Shown here piece by piece: positions 53,170 through 64,000 of a stretch of 64,000 nucleotides of DNA (position 1 is its first letter; each line of letters opens with the position of its first letter). Both the position numbers and the translations under genes were made by a program. The notes beneath the pieces were generated by a model, which saw only the letters and a program-made list of their open reading frames with translations, made no database searches and had not been told where the DNA came from. This stretch comes from Mobula hypostoma (Eukaryota): NCBI RefSeq assembly GCF_963921235.1, contig NC_086108.1, positions 8,742,001 to 8,806,000 on the forward strand. The letters are read 5' to 3'.

Positions 53170-53712
53170 GTTCTCTCCCTCTCCTCCTCTCTCTCTCTCT
53201 CTGTGTCTCTCTCTCTCTCTCTGCCTCTCTCCCCCCCGTGTGTGTGTGTCTCTCTCTCTCTCTCTGCCTCTCTCCCCCCCGTGTGTGTGTGTCTCTACCC
53301 CCCCGTGTGTGTCTCTCTCTGCCTCTCTCCCCCCCCGTGTGTGTGTGTGTGTCTCTACCCCCCCGTGTGCGTCTCTCTCTGCCTCTCTCTCCCCCTCCGC
53401 CTCTCTCTCTCTTTCTCTCTCTTCCCCTTCTCTGTGTGTGTGTGTCTCTCTCTCCCTCTCTCTCTCCCTCCCCCTTCTGTGTGTGTGTGTCTCTCTCTTT
53501 CTCGCTCTTCCCCCCTGTGTGTGTGTGTCTCTCTCTCTGCCTCTCCCCCCCCCGTGTATGTGTCTCTCTCTCTCCCCCTCCCCCTCTGTGTGTGTGTGTG
53601 TCTCTTCCTCTCTCCCCCTCTGCCTGCCTCTCTCTTTCTTTCTTTCTCTCCCCCCCCATGTGTTTATGTGTGTCTCTATCTCTCTGTCTCACACCGTCTC
53701 TCTCTCTCTGTC
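53170..53712. repeat. CT/GT compound low-complexity repeat in first HIF-alpha intron
   Basis: Alternating (CT)n, C runs and (GT)n. Confidence 0.9.
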
Positions 53713-54325
53713 TGTTCTGCATTGTGCCATGATATGGGAATATAGAGGAGCTGACAGGCAGATGGTCTGTCCCGCGGGGACCAGTTCCAAGTACCGACTC
53801 CCCACCACCACCTTTGTCTTCAGAAACTACCCTGCTTGTCAAACAGTGGGGGCACCTTTTTGCCCTCTCCCCTCCATGTGCCCTCATCCCCTTTACTGAA
53901 TCTTTTCCTTCTCTGCCAATTTGCCTTGGCTGTTTGTTAACCTTGGAACCACCCCCCAAACAAAAAAAATTCTCGCACGTCCAACAAACGATCTGTTGGA
54001 CTCTGCCTTCAATGTAATCAGTGCACTCGGGCAGAGTATCTCCCAATGGCTCACCAGCGCCAAGCAGGGACCTTCTCCCTCTGTCTGCAGCCCCTAGGTG
54101 CTTCTAAATTGGTTCAGCTTCTGTGAATTGTTTCTCCCCCCAGCTTCTCAGATGCCTGCCTATAGCTGAAGGAGTACCTTCCACCTGTTTACAGTGCTCC
54201 GTGAGTGATCAGAATCAGCGCTAGCTGGCTGGCTTGGGAGCCCAGACTTGGCTGGGGTCCATCTGAAGGCAGCTGAACTAGTCTTTTCCCTACTGTCACT
54301 GACGGTCTGTTACTCTGTCATACAG

Positions 54326-54465
54326 TGCCAGCGGAGAGTGGTTTGGCCGTGCACTTGAACGCCTTTTACCTCCGAGCGGTCGATGGCTTCTTCATGGTGC
54401 TGACGGAAGAAGGTGACATCGTATACCTGTCGGAGAACGTGAACAGATATCTCGGGCTGACCCAG
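54326..54465 (+). CDS. hif3a: HIF-alpha exon, start of PAS-A
   Basis: Acceptor TACAG| and donor CAG|GTGATC; 140 nt, phase 1 to 0; (V)[46 protein letters not shown]. Confidence 0.9.
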
Positions 54466-55883
54466 GTGATCAAAGGGTTAATGCATGGCAGAGGCCCGGG
54501 TTATGTAATTCGAATTCAGATTTGTTCATTTATCACATGTACAATGGAAACATACCATGGAGTATATCCATTGTGTCAACAACGGATGTACAACTGTTGC
54601 CACACATTCTGGCGCCATCAGACTTGCTGCCCGTTACGTCCCTTGCTGGCAGTGAAGGTCCTCCGTCCGTGGCGCTGTTCAGGGCTCCCTTCACTGTGCC
54701 AGGAGCTTGCTCTCTGTTTCCACTACTGTCAGTTAGGCAAGACCCGGGAATCCTGTTGCACACCGATGTAGAAGGACTCTTCATTGCTGTTTCCCTAACA
54801 ATTTTGTTTGACCAGTCAAGGTTGTTAGCCCTGAGCTGAACCCCCGAACCTGTGGGCCACTCTTAGTCTGGCCTCTACCCTTTGGCCTGTTTGGCATGGG
54901 TGACCCTCCCAAGAGCCAAAACGCAAAGCCCTGACTCCAGCCAGCATAGCTCACCTGGTCATTGAGGCACACAAGCCCCCAAATCCTTCGATAAGGTTGT
55001 GGTCCTCTTTAAGGCACCAATATAGTATGCCCCCAAAGTCCAGCAGAACAAGACAGGTAACGACAACAGCTAAGCAAGCCCCTTTCCTCCCACCCATCCA
55101 ACTCCACACCACACTCACACTTCCAACCCAAGGTCCGGCCTTCAGCCTCCAGTGGACTTGTGGACTCGCGTGTGTCGCAGCCTCTAACGCTCCCAGTGGA
55201 TTCACTGTCCCAGGGCTTCGTTGGCCATGGCAGCTGGGATGCATGGACTGTGATGTCGGGGTCTCATCGCATTGGAGGTCTTCTAGGTGTAGAGAATTGG
55301 GGATCATGAGACTGTAATAACAGAGGCCTGTGACTGTTATAATTCTGGCTTTTGATCTTCAGTTTTGGACATCTAGACACAGTACAGCACAGGAACAGGC
55401 CCTTCAGCAATGATGGCTGTGCTGAGTAGGATGCCAAATTTAAACGAATTCCTTCTGCCTGCACATGGTCTACGTCCCTGCATTCCCTATTTTGTGAGAT
55501 TGGGATTTTGATATGACATGTCTTCAGCCTGCGACATTGGTGATCTTAGAAACGCTCAAAATGCCAGGGTTCCCCCAGCCTCAGATCCACGGACCCCTTG
55601 GTTGATGGTAGGGGCTCCACGGCATTAAAAAAAAGGTTGGGAACTCCAAACTCAGCAGGGCTGGCAGCATCTATGGAGTCAACATTGTGGGCCAAGACCT
55701 GTCATCAGGACTGGAGAGGAAGGGGACAGAAGGCAGAATAAGAAGTTGGGCGGAGGTGAAAGAGTACAAGCTGGCAGGTGATAGGTGAGGGGGAAAGTGG
55801 GTGAGGGGATGGAAGAAGCAAAGCTGGGACGTGATGGGTGGAAGAGGTAAAGGGCGGAAGAAGAAGGAATCTGATAAGAGAGT

Positions 55884-56445
55884 CCTTGTTCGTCCATCAT
55901 TGGCATCGATGAGAACCTTGACACCATTATGATGGTGTCGAGACTAGCGCGTGATTTGGATTTAAGTGAGGGAGAGTTGCGCAGCGTCAGCCTCACTCTC
56001 TCTTCCCAATTCCCATCTGGATCCAGTGGCAAGACAGAGTCTAGACGGTTGGCGATGGGACTAGGCGCAGTGCATGACCAGGACGTCTTCTGTGTCTTGT
56101 CCTGCTCTACACGTTCCACAACGCTTGCAGAGACTGCCTTCTTGACCGTTGGACCTTCCATTGGTCTCGTCCGTTCAATCCGCCGGAGTCTGTCTTCACA
56201 TGCTGGGATAGACAACTCCCTATCTCACCGAGGGTTGAGACCCGTCGGCTACCCTCACCTGGTTTAGCCGGCTTGTCGAAGCCGTTGCCCGGGGTGTGGC
56301 CGCTGTCGCATGCAAACAGCTATGGGGAGCCACAGGTGAGAGCTGAGTGCCAGGTGGGGACCAAAGGTGGACTAACCGCCCTGAAAAGGATGCAACATGC
56401 TCCCCCACCAGAGGTGCTACCCCTCCCTGACACCCCATACACCCC
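55884..56445 (-). mobile_element. Short non-autonomous retroposon (family A), copy 2, in HIF-alpha intron
   Basis: 8-bp TSD AAGAGAGT (55876-55883, 56446-56453); interrupts a Penelope fragment. Confidence 0.85.
56252..56436 (-). ncRNA. HDV-like self-cleaving ribozyme (predicted)
   Basis: P1 GGGGTGT/ACACCCC, P2 CTCTCACCTG/CAGGTGAGGG, P3 GGC/GCC, L3 begins TCC, GG-GCAAC, P4 CGGCTT-CGAC-AAGCCG, J4/2 GCTAA. Confidence 0.65.
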
Positions 56446-57288
56446 AAGAGAGTAGACAATGGGAGACAGGGAAGGAGGAGGGGAAGCAGGGGAAGTGATG
56501 GGCAGGTCATGAGGGCAAGGGAAGAGATGAAAAGGGATGAGAGGTCCTCCAGAATGAGGGAAAACAAAGCGGAGGGAGGAGCAGAGGGGAGTGGTCACCA
56601 GAAGTTAAAGAAATCGATGCTTATGCCCTCAGATTCGAGGCTAGCCAGATAGAATACAAGGTGTTGCTCCTCCAGCCTGCCTCTGGCCTCATTGTGGCCG
56701 CAGAGAAGACCATCATCAGACACATCAGTTTAGGAATGGGTAGCCACAGGGATTGACATATGGGAAGTCCAAAGGCTGTAATATTGGGCATCGGATTTAT
56801 AATATTGGGATCGGGATTAATGCTGAGATCACTGCCTATGGTGGGAGTGTCTAAGATCAGAGGAGAAACCGTCAGAATAGAGAGGTGTCCTTTTCGAAAG
56901 GAGATGAGGAGGAATTTCTTTAGCCAGAGAGTGGTGAAACTGTGAAATTTGTTGCCAAGTCTGTGGGTATATTTAAGGCAGAGATTCTTGATTAGTCAGG
57001 GCATGAAAGGATTTGGGGAGAAGACAGGGAGAGTGGAGCTGAGAGGGAAATAGATCAGCTGATGAACTGGTGGAACGGACTCGATGGGCCACATGGCCTA
57101 ATTCTGCTGCTACGTCTTATGGAGCAAATACTATTAAATTCAAACAAGAACCAGTAGTGGGGGTGGGGGGGTGGTGGAGAGAACTTCTTTATATGTAATC
57201 TCCCCACAGTAATCACACACCATTGTTAGAACACAGACTGACAGTTTCACTGCTGGAGTAAATCTCTTACTATCTCTTCTTTCAGTTT

Positions 57289-57322
57289 GTCCTGACGAAG
57301 GGTCTCGGCCCGAAACGTCGAC
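57289..57322 (+). ncRNA. Minimal hammerhead ribozyme motif in a HIF-alpha intron (within Penelope terminus ~57268-57416)
   Basis: GTC-CTGACGA-A-GGGT CTCG GCCC-GAAA-CG-TC-GAC. Confidence 0.7.
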
Positions 57323-57721
57323 TGTACCTCTTCCAATAGATGCTGCCTGGCCTGCTGCGTTCACCAGCATGTTGTGTGTGTTGCTTGAACTTCCAGCATC
57401 TGCAGACTTCCTCATGTCAATCTCCACTCTAAGTGTACCGAATGACTTGGCCTCCACAGCCACCTGCGGCAGTGAATTCCACAGAACATTTTGTCAACTT
57501 CTAAACCAGGGGTTCCCAACCTCAGGCCCACTGACCCCTCAGTTAACTGTATTGGCCCATGGCATAAAAACGGTTGGGGCTCCTGTTCCAGACAAAATCA
57601 AATGGATGTCCATAAATCCATAAACTTGTTTGTTACCCAGTTTTGGTCTGTATGAGAGCTGGGTGTCTTTTATCGGTTAAGCAGTTCGAGACTTACGGTT
57701 CCCCACTCTCTACTCCCACAG

Positions 57722-57806
57722 CTTGCTCTGATCGGCCACAGCATCTTTGAGTTCATCCACCCATGTGATGAGGAGGAAGTGAAGGACCTACTGATGGCAC
57801 GTCAAG
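57722..57806 (+). CDS. hif3a: HIF-alpha exon, PAS-A
   Basis: Acceptor CCCACAG| and donor AG|GTGAGG; 85 nt, phase 0 to 1; LALIGHSIFEFIHPCDEEEVKDLLMARQ. Too short to appear in the ORF track. Confidence 0.9.
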
Positions 57807-58275
57807 GTGAGGGTCTCTCACCCACTTCCCTCCCCCAACACACATCCATTGGTGGGGAGCGGGTGCACGGGGAGAGTAAAGGGTTCAGAGGGGAGTAGGG
57901 TGCCAGAACAATGTAGACAACAAAATGCACAATGTGGTTCTGCAGGGGAGATCCTTTTATTCTCTGTTGCTATTTTGGGTGATTTTGAATCAGGGTGGTC
58001 TGCAAATAACAAACACTGAACTGAATATGCCTGGACTCTTTTGACTTCGTGTTTTATATTGTGTCTTTTTCACTTGTGTATATTTTTGTTGCTGTTGGCA
58101 TGATTTGTCTTTTTTTTTGCACATGGGGCAGGGGTTTTATGATTTTCTTTAAATGGGTTCCATGATTTTCTTTGTTCAGAGGGAAGATGGATTCCAGGGT
58201 TATACACTGTATATAGTAATAAATATACTTTGAATCTTTGAGCAAAGTGGGTGGTGGGGTGGCAGTTCGTAGTTG

Positions 58276-58450
58276 GGCAGCGCAGTAGCATAGCAGTTAG
58301 TGTAACGCTGTTACAGCACCAGCAACAAGCTGGGTTCAAATCCCACTGCAGTCTGTGAGGAGTTTGTACATTTTCCCCGTGACCACGTGGGTTTCCTCCT
58401 GGCGCTCTGGTTTCCTCCCACATTCCTAAGACATACAGGTTAGTTGTGGG
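58276..58450 (+). mobile_element. tRNA-derived SINE (HE1/V-SINE-like); related copy ~38060-38200(-)
   Basis: A-box-like TAGCATAGCAG, B-box GGTTCAAATCC, then GGAGTTTGTACATTTTCCCCGTG...GTGGGTTTCCTCC core. Confidence 0.7.
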
Positions 58451-59597
58451 CGTGCTACGCTGGGGCTGGAAGCGTTGTGACACTTGTGGGCTGCCCCCAG
58501 CACAGACTTGGACTGTGATGGTTGTTGGCGCAAACGACACATTTCACTGTGTGTTTTGATGTACACCTGATTAATAATTCTTAAGTGATTCTGTCAAGGG
58601 TTGAGGTGCTCTCCCTGGTCCATGGAGTGTGCTGTCCGTTGGGAATGTGGGGGGATCAGGCACACACACGAGTATTTAGGGGGCTGATCACTGTAATCAG
58701 AGTGGAAATACTGCCACGGTTCCTTAAGGTTATAGTCAGGAGGATGTAATGGGGACAAGCTCCCACTACCTATCAAATGCTCCCAATGACATGTGTCTCA
58801 AATAGCCTCTGACAACCAAGTCCAGTTCCTGGCCTTCACATGTGGCTTAGCTACTCAGCCTGGCAGAACAGTTTCTACTGACTGGGGAAGGAGTAAAAGT
58901 GGGTTTCTGGTGCCTTAAAACCAGTCACTTTGTGCAGATGGGGCTTGTCAGCCGTGGTTGGCAGTTCATCTATGAAAGGGAAATCTCTGATATCTAACCT
59001 CCACTACCCACTCATGGGGGAGGCTTCGGCAGTAAACCCCGAGGGTTGAACCCAGAGCTGGAGTCCTTAAGGCACTCCTACATTGAGTTCAACGCTGACT
59101 GGCAACGCCTGCGATGCCGCTGTTGCCATACAGTATCGGTGCCTGCAGTTCTTTCGGATTCATCAGCTGCACGGAGAGGCGGTGGCTGCTGCATGGGCAA
59201 CAGCTTACTGTCCGTGTCGTACTGCCCTAGCAGTGTCACGCAGGCAGCTGGGAGGCAACATCCGTGGTCGGCCCAGACCAATGAAGGACCTCAATATTGC
59301 CACCCAGAGTTGTGATGTCAGAATGTCAGAACTGTAATGTCGATGGTCTGGGGCTCGTAATGTCAGGGGCTCATGCGCTGGAGTACTGGTGGGCCTTTGA
59401 GCACTAATATTGGAGGGGACTATTAATACTAGTGGGCTTGGCAGTGTCACATGGAGGTGGTAATATTGGGGGAGTGATTAAGCTAGTCAGTTTAATCAAA
59501 GTGGACTAATTCACTTATTGACAAAATTAACTGTCTAACTCCATCTATTGTTTAATCAACTGACTGGCTGATTTGTTTCTTCCTGTGGATTCGTCAG

Positions 59598-59713
59598 TGC
59601 AAGGCCTCACAGCGAAGCGGGAGGCCCAGGCCCAGAGGGACTTCTTCATGAGGATGAAATCTACGCTGGTGAACGGGAAACGGGCCGTCACCATCAAATC
59701 AGCAACGTGGAGA
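59598..59713 (+). CDS. hif3a: HIF-alpha exon, PAS-A C-terminal part (alternative acceptor would start at 59604)
   Basis: (V)QGLTAKREAQAQRDFFMRMKSTLVNGKRAVTIKSATWR; donor AGA|GTAAGT; phase 1 to 0. Confidence 0.88.
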
Positions 59714-59785
59714 GTAAGTAACATGCCCATGCAGTCCGAATCTTGTGGTTGCACCAAGCAGCGCGGCTAAACCAGCTGCAGCTGC

Positions 59786-60218
59786 CACGCACAAAATGCT
59801 GGAGGGACTCAGCAGGTCAGGCAGCATCTATGGAAATGAGTAAGCAGTTGATGTTTCGGGCCAAGACCCTTCTTCAGGATTGAGAAGGAAGGGGAAGATA
59901 CCAGAAAAAGGAGGGGGAGGAGAAGGAGGACAAGATAATAGGTAATAGGTAAAGCCATGTGGATGGGAAAGATAAAGATAAAGGGCAGGAGAGGAAGGAA
60001 TCTGATAGGAGAGGAGAGTGTTCCATAGGAGAAAGGGAAGGAGGAGGGGCAGCAGGGAGGGGTGAGAGGCAGGCCAGAGTGGGGAATAGAAGAAGAGGAA
60101 GAAGGAATTTCTTTTTACTGGAAAGAGAATTTGATATTCTTGCCATCAGGTCGTGGCTGCCCAGATGGAATATGAGGTGCTGGTCCTCCACCCTGAGGGT
60201 GGCCTCATCTTGGAACAA
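59786..60218 (-). mobile_element. Penelope-like element 3' fragment; related at ~37317-37695, 49581-50135, 55648-56735, 63675-64000, 9790-9924
   Basis: C-terminal peptide EATLRVEDQHLIFHLGS, CT-rich tail, degenerate hammerhead motif and GATGCTGCCTGACCTGCTGAG terminus. Confidence 0.7.
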
Positions 60219-60999
60219 GCTGCCTTCCCATGTCTAAACACTGACTTGTGCAGGGACAGCTGACCTTGAACTTCTCCCTCCCTGGTGAAGTCGCTCCTGC
60301 AGTCGAGGAGGGAGCTCGTTGAGTTTAAGGACCGACGATGCACTTCCAGTTCGGGATGGTGTGGGAGTTGCCAGGGAATCTCTGGGTGGGGTGGTGGGAC
60401 ATAAAAGTATGTGAGGGCTAGATAGATACAGGCAGGAAAAGTTGTGAGATTAGAGCAGGGGAACAGAGCTGTTCGGGGGAATAGATTTAGAATGGAGATG
60501 AGGAGAAACTGCTTTTCCTAGAGCGGTGAATCTGTGGAATTCACTGCCCAGGGAAGCAGTGGAGGCTACCTCATTAAATATATTTAGAACAGTTTGTTTA
60601 TATATAGCAGGGAAATTAAGGGTGTTGGGGAGAAGACAGGTAATTAGCGCTGACTCCACAGCCAGATCAGCTGACAGGCCAGACAGCCGACTCCTGCTCC
60701 TAGTTCTTATGTACTTACGGTGATGTTCCTTGAACCCTGTTGTCTTTCTCCTTTCTGGGTGAAGTGGCAGGTTTGGGACGTGGTCCTGGGAGGCTTCATG
60801 GCAATTAAAGACAGAGCAGTTGTAGGTGGTCCGGGATATAGACACGGTTCATGGAACACTGACCCACAATGGGATACAGGTGACGAGCTTTCTATTCTCT
60901 CATCCTGGATGGAGATGCCCAGTGAATGGAGGGTCCAAGGACCGAATGAACTGCTCCCCTTCATAGCATCGTACAAGCCCTATCGAGTGGCGCTGAACT

Positions 61000-61475
61000 A
61001 TTAATTTGCCCGGTCCCGTTAGACCATAGCCCTCCATACCTCTCTCATCCATGTACCTATCCAAACTTGCATGCACCACTTGCACTGGCAGCTCATTCCA
61101 CACTCTCACCACCCTCTGAGTGAAGATGTTTCCCCTCAGGTTCCCCTTAAATATTTCACCTTACACCTATGACCTCCAGTACTAGTCTCACAACTTGAGG
61201 GGAAAATGTTTGCATTCACCTGAACTAAACACCTCATAATTTTGTATACGTCTGTCAACTCTTCCCTCATTCTCCTAGGCTCCAGGGAATAATGTAGTAA
61301 CCTATTCAACCTTTCCCTATAACTCAGATCCTCAAGACCCGACAACAGCCTTGTAAAGTTTTTCTGCACTCTTTCAGTCTTATTGACATCTTTCCTGTAG
61401 GTAGGTGACCAAAACTGCACACAATACTCCAAATTAGACCTCGCCAGTATCTTGTACAACTTCAATATAACATCC
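61000..61475 (-). mobile_element. CR1 3' fragment; similar short pieces ~7545-7755, 14795-15145, 50143-50448, 56820-57125, 60400-60720
   Basis: LEYCVQFWSP, VRVWNELP. Confidence 0.8.
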
Positions 61476-61875
61476 CGACAGGAACTACTTACAGATTTGG
61501 TGTGTCTTGGTCATGTGGCCAGAATGGTAGAATTCATCGGCAGTGTCTGAGCAGCAAGTTTGGGTGATGACTACTGAGAGGAGCGGAGTCAGGCGGGGCA
61601 GCGGTTCCCACCACCTCACAGCAGTTCTCTATCTCCCTCGTCAGCCATCATTCCTGCCTCATTCAGCGCCTCCCACCCACCTCCATCTACCTGCTGCCAC
61701 AACCCTCATTGGTGCCTCCGTAATGCCAGGCTTATCCATTTCACCCCCCCCCCCATCAGCCCGACAGGTTGGTGTCTGAACTCTCAGCAACTCCCATTTA
61801 CCCTTCACTCCCACACTCGCTGACCCACTGAGTGCTGGGATTCACTGTGTTTCTGACTGCGCTTTCTCTGCCTAG

Positions 61876-62072
61876 GTGCTGCACTGCACGGGACACATAC
61901 AACAATGCGAGGTGAACCCCAAATCTCCTTCAAACAGCGCCATCCCGATGTCCTTCCTGCTGATGATCTGCGAGCCCATCCCTGACCCCACCAGCATCGA
62001 GGTTCGGCTGGACAGCAAGTCCTTCCTGAGTCGGCACGGCATGGACATGAAGTTCACCTACTGCGATGCACG
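61876..62072 (+). CDS. hif3a: HIF-alpha exon, PAS-A/PAS-B linker and start of PAS-B; gene continues beyond window
   Basis: Acceptor CCTAG| and donor CG|GTAGGC; 197 nt, phase 0 to 2; VLHCTGH...[11 protein letters not shown]...[15 protein letters not shown]. Confidence 0.9.
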
Positions 62073-62519
62073 GTAGGCAGACGGGGTGAGGGTGGGGGGG
62101 GGCAGCTTGAGAAACTCTCACCACTCGCTGCGGGCTGAAGCCACAGATTCTCAGCTGAGCTCATTATTGTGGTGTGGGCGGTGGGAGTGAGAGTGAATCA
62201 CTGACTGACACTGGATACCGTGCTGTCTCGGTGAATGCTGGTTGCTTTGCCTCACCGCAGACACAGGCACAGCTAATGGTGGTGATGCTTCACAGCTGCA
62301 GTGACCCTGTTTCAATCCTGACCTTCCTTTGTGTGCCGTCTGCACGAGCTGACGTCCCCAGGAATAAATGCCACATGGGTTCCCCCTGCACCTGGGGCTA
62401 CAGTTTCTTCCCACATCCCATCAAATCCACAGCTTTTTGGGATGTCTGGACTGACTACTATAAGTGGTGGAACCTGGAGGAAGGTGGTTGGAACGCTGAG
62501 GCAACGGTTGACTGGAACC

Positions 62520-63490
62520 GCTGACGATCAACACTGGCGCACCTCAGGGGTGTGTGCTTAGCCCACTGCTCTACTCTATATCTACACATGACTGTGTGGC
62601 TAGGCATAGCTCAAATACCATCCATAAATTTGCTGACGATACAAGCATTGTTGATAGAATCTCAGGTGGTGACGAGAGGGAGTACAGGAGTGAGGTATGC
62701 CAACTAGTGGAATGGTGTCGCAGCAACAACCTGGCACTCAATGTCAGTAAGACGGAAGAGCTGATTGTGGACTTCAGGAAGGGTAAGATGAAGGAACACA
62801 TACCAATCCTCATAAAGGGATCAGAAGTGGAGAGAGTGAGCAGCTTCAAGTTCCTGGGTGTCAAGATCTCTGAGGATCTAACCTGGTCCCAACATATTGA
62901 TGTAGTTATAAAGAAGGCAAGACTTTATTAGGAGTTTGAAGAGATTTGGCATGTCAACAAATACACTCAAAAACTTCTATAGATGTACTGTGGAGAGCAC
63001 TCTGACAGGCTGCATCACTGTCTGGTATGGGAGGGCTACTGCACAGGACCGAAAGAAGCTGCAGGAAGTTGTAAATCTAGTCAGCTCCATCTTGGGTACT
63101 CGCCTACAAAGTACCCAGGACATCTTCAGGGAGCGGTGTCTCAGAAAGGCAGCGTCCATTATTAAGGACCTCCAGCACCCAGGACATGCCCTTTTCTCAC
63201 TGTTACCATCAGGTAGGAGGTACAGAAGCCTGAAGGCACACACTCAGCGATTCAGGAACAGCTTCTTCCCCTCTGACATCTGATTCCTAAATGGACATTG
63301 AGTCTTTGGACACTACCTCACTTTTTTTTAATTTACTGTATTTCTGTTTTTGCACGTTTTTTAAATATTCAATATATGTAATTGATTTACTTATTTTTAT
63401 TTTATTTTTTTGTCTGCTATATTATATATTGCATTGAACTGCTGCTGCTAAATTAACAAATTTCACGTCACATGCCGGTGATAATGAAAT
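62520..63490 (+). mobile_element. Rex1/Babar-like LINE 3' fragment; related fragments ~660-1500, 38310-39110(-), 39170-40540, 40960-41500, 47530-48075(-), 48280-48800
   Basis: LSPLLYSISTHDC, KFADDT, NVSKTEELIVDFRK, FYRCTVES, LLPSGRRYRS. Confidence 0.8.
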
Positions 63491-64000
63491 TGTGAGAGAG
63501 AATGGGATTTCTCTGTGAGCTAGTATTGGCCGATGGGCCAAAACCTCCTCAAAACCAAAGGTGGAAAGATGAGAAATTCCATTCCAATGCAGATCCTCCC
63601 GTCGTGCTACAGGCTCTGTGGTGGTCTGTCAGTGAACACGATCCCACAAGCAGGAATAAGCGAATGACGAGGCAGCAACACACAAAATGCTCTGGGGGTG
63701 GGGGGGGGGGAAGCTCAGCAGGCCAGGCAGAATCTGTGGAGATGAATAAACAGTCGACGTTTCCGGCCAAGATCCTCCTTCTGGACTGGAAAGGAAAGGG
63801 GAAGACACCAGAATAAAAAGGTTGGGGGAGAGGAAGGAGGATTGCTAGAAGGTGATAGGTGAAGCCAGGTAGGTAGAAAAGATTAAGGGCTGGAGAAGGA
63901 GGAATCTGATAGGAGAGGAGAGTGGACCATAGGAGAAAGGGCAGGGAGAGATGAGAAGAGGCCAGAGTGGGGATTAGAAGAACAAGGAAGGATTTTTTTT

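Noticed and set aside
53117..54046. 309, 248 and 180-aa ORFs, and the read-through tail of the 268-aa ORF
   Set aside because: CT/GT microsatellite in the intron; the real exon ends at the 53149 donor.
58735..59300. RTE-5'UTR-like repeat possibly containing a ribozyme
   Set aside because: Single decayed copy; no complete pairing scheme could be built.

Overview
Vertebrate genomic DNA, most likely from a cartilaginous fish (inferred from the CR1/Rex1/Penelope/HE1-like repeat landscape), and dominated by transposable elements. One intact gene is clear: the 5' part of a HIF-alpha bHLH-PAS transcription factor, closest to HIF3A (+ strand, five in-phase coding exons, 52926-62072, continuing past the window end). 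It sits head-to-head with a two-exon pseudogenised retinol-dehydrogenase-type SDR remnant (- strand, 50446-51584). The rest is layered TEs: a near-intact full-length L1 with one nonsense codon, several CR1s, RTE, an Ingi/Vingi-like LINE carrying a solo LTR, Rex1/Babar fragments, hAT, Chapaev3 and Tc1 DNA transposons, and SINEs. The most unusual signals are predicted self-cleaving RNAs. Two short non-autonomous retroposon families begin at an HDV-like double-pseudoknot fold, and Penelope-type termini carry minimal hammerhead motifs, one in sense orientation inside a HIF-alpha intron. All folds and family assignments were made by eye and are unverified.
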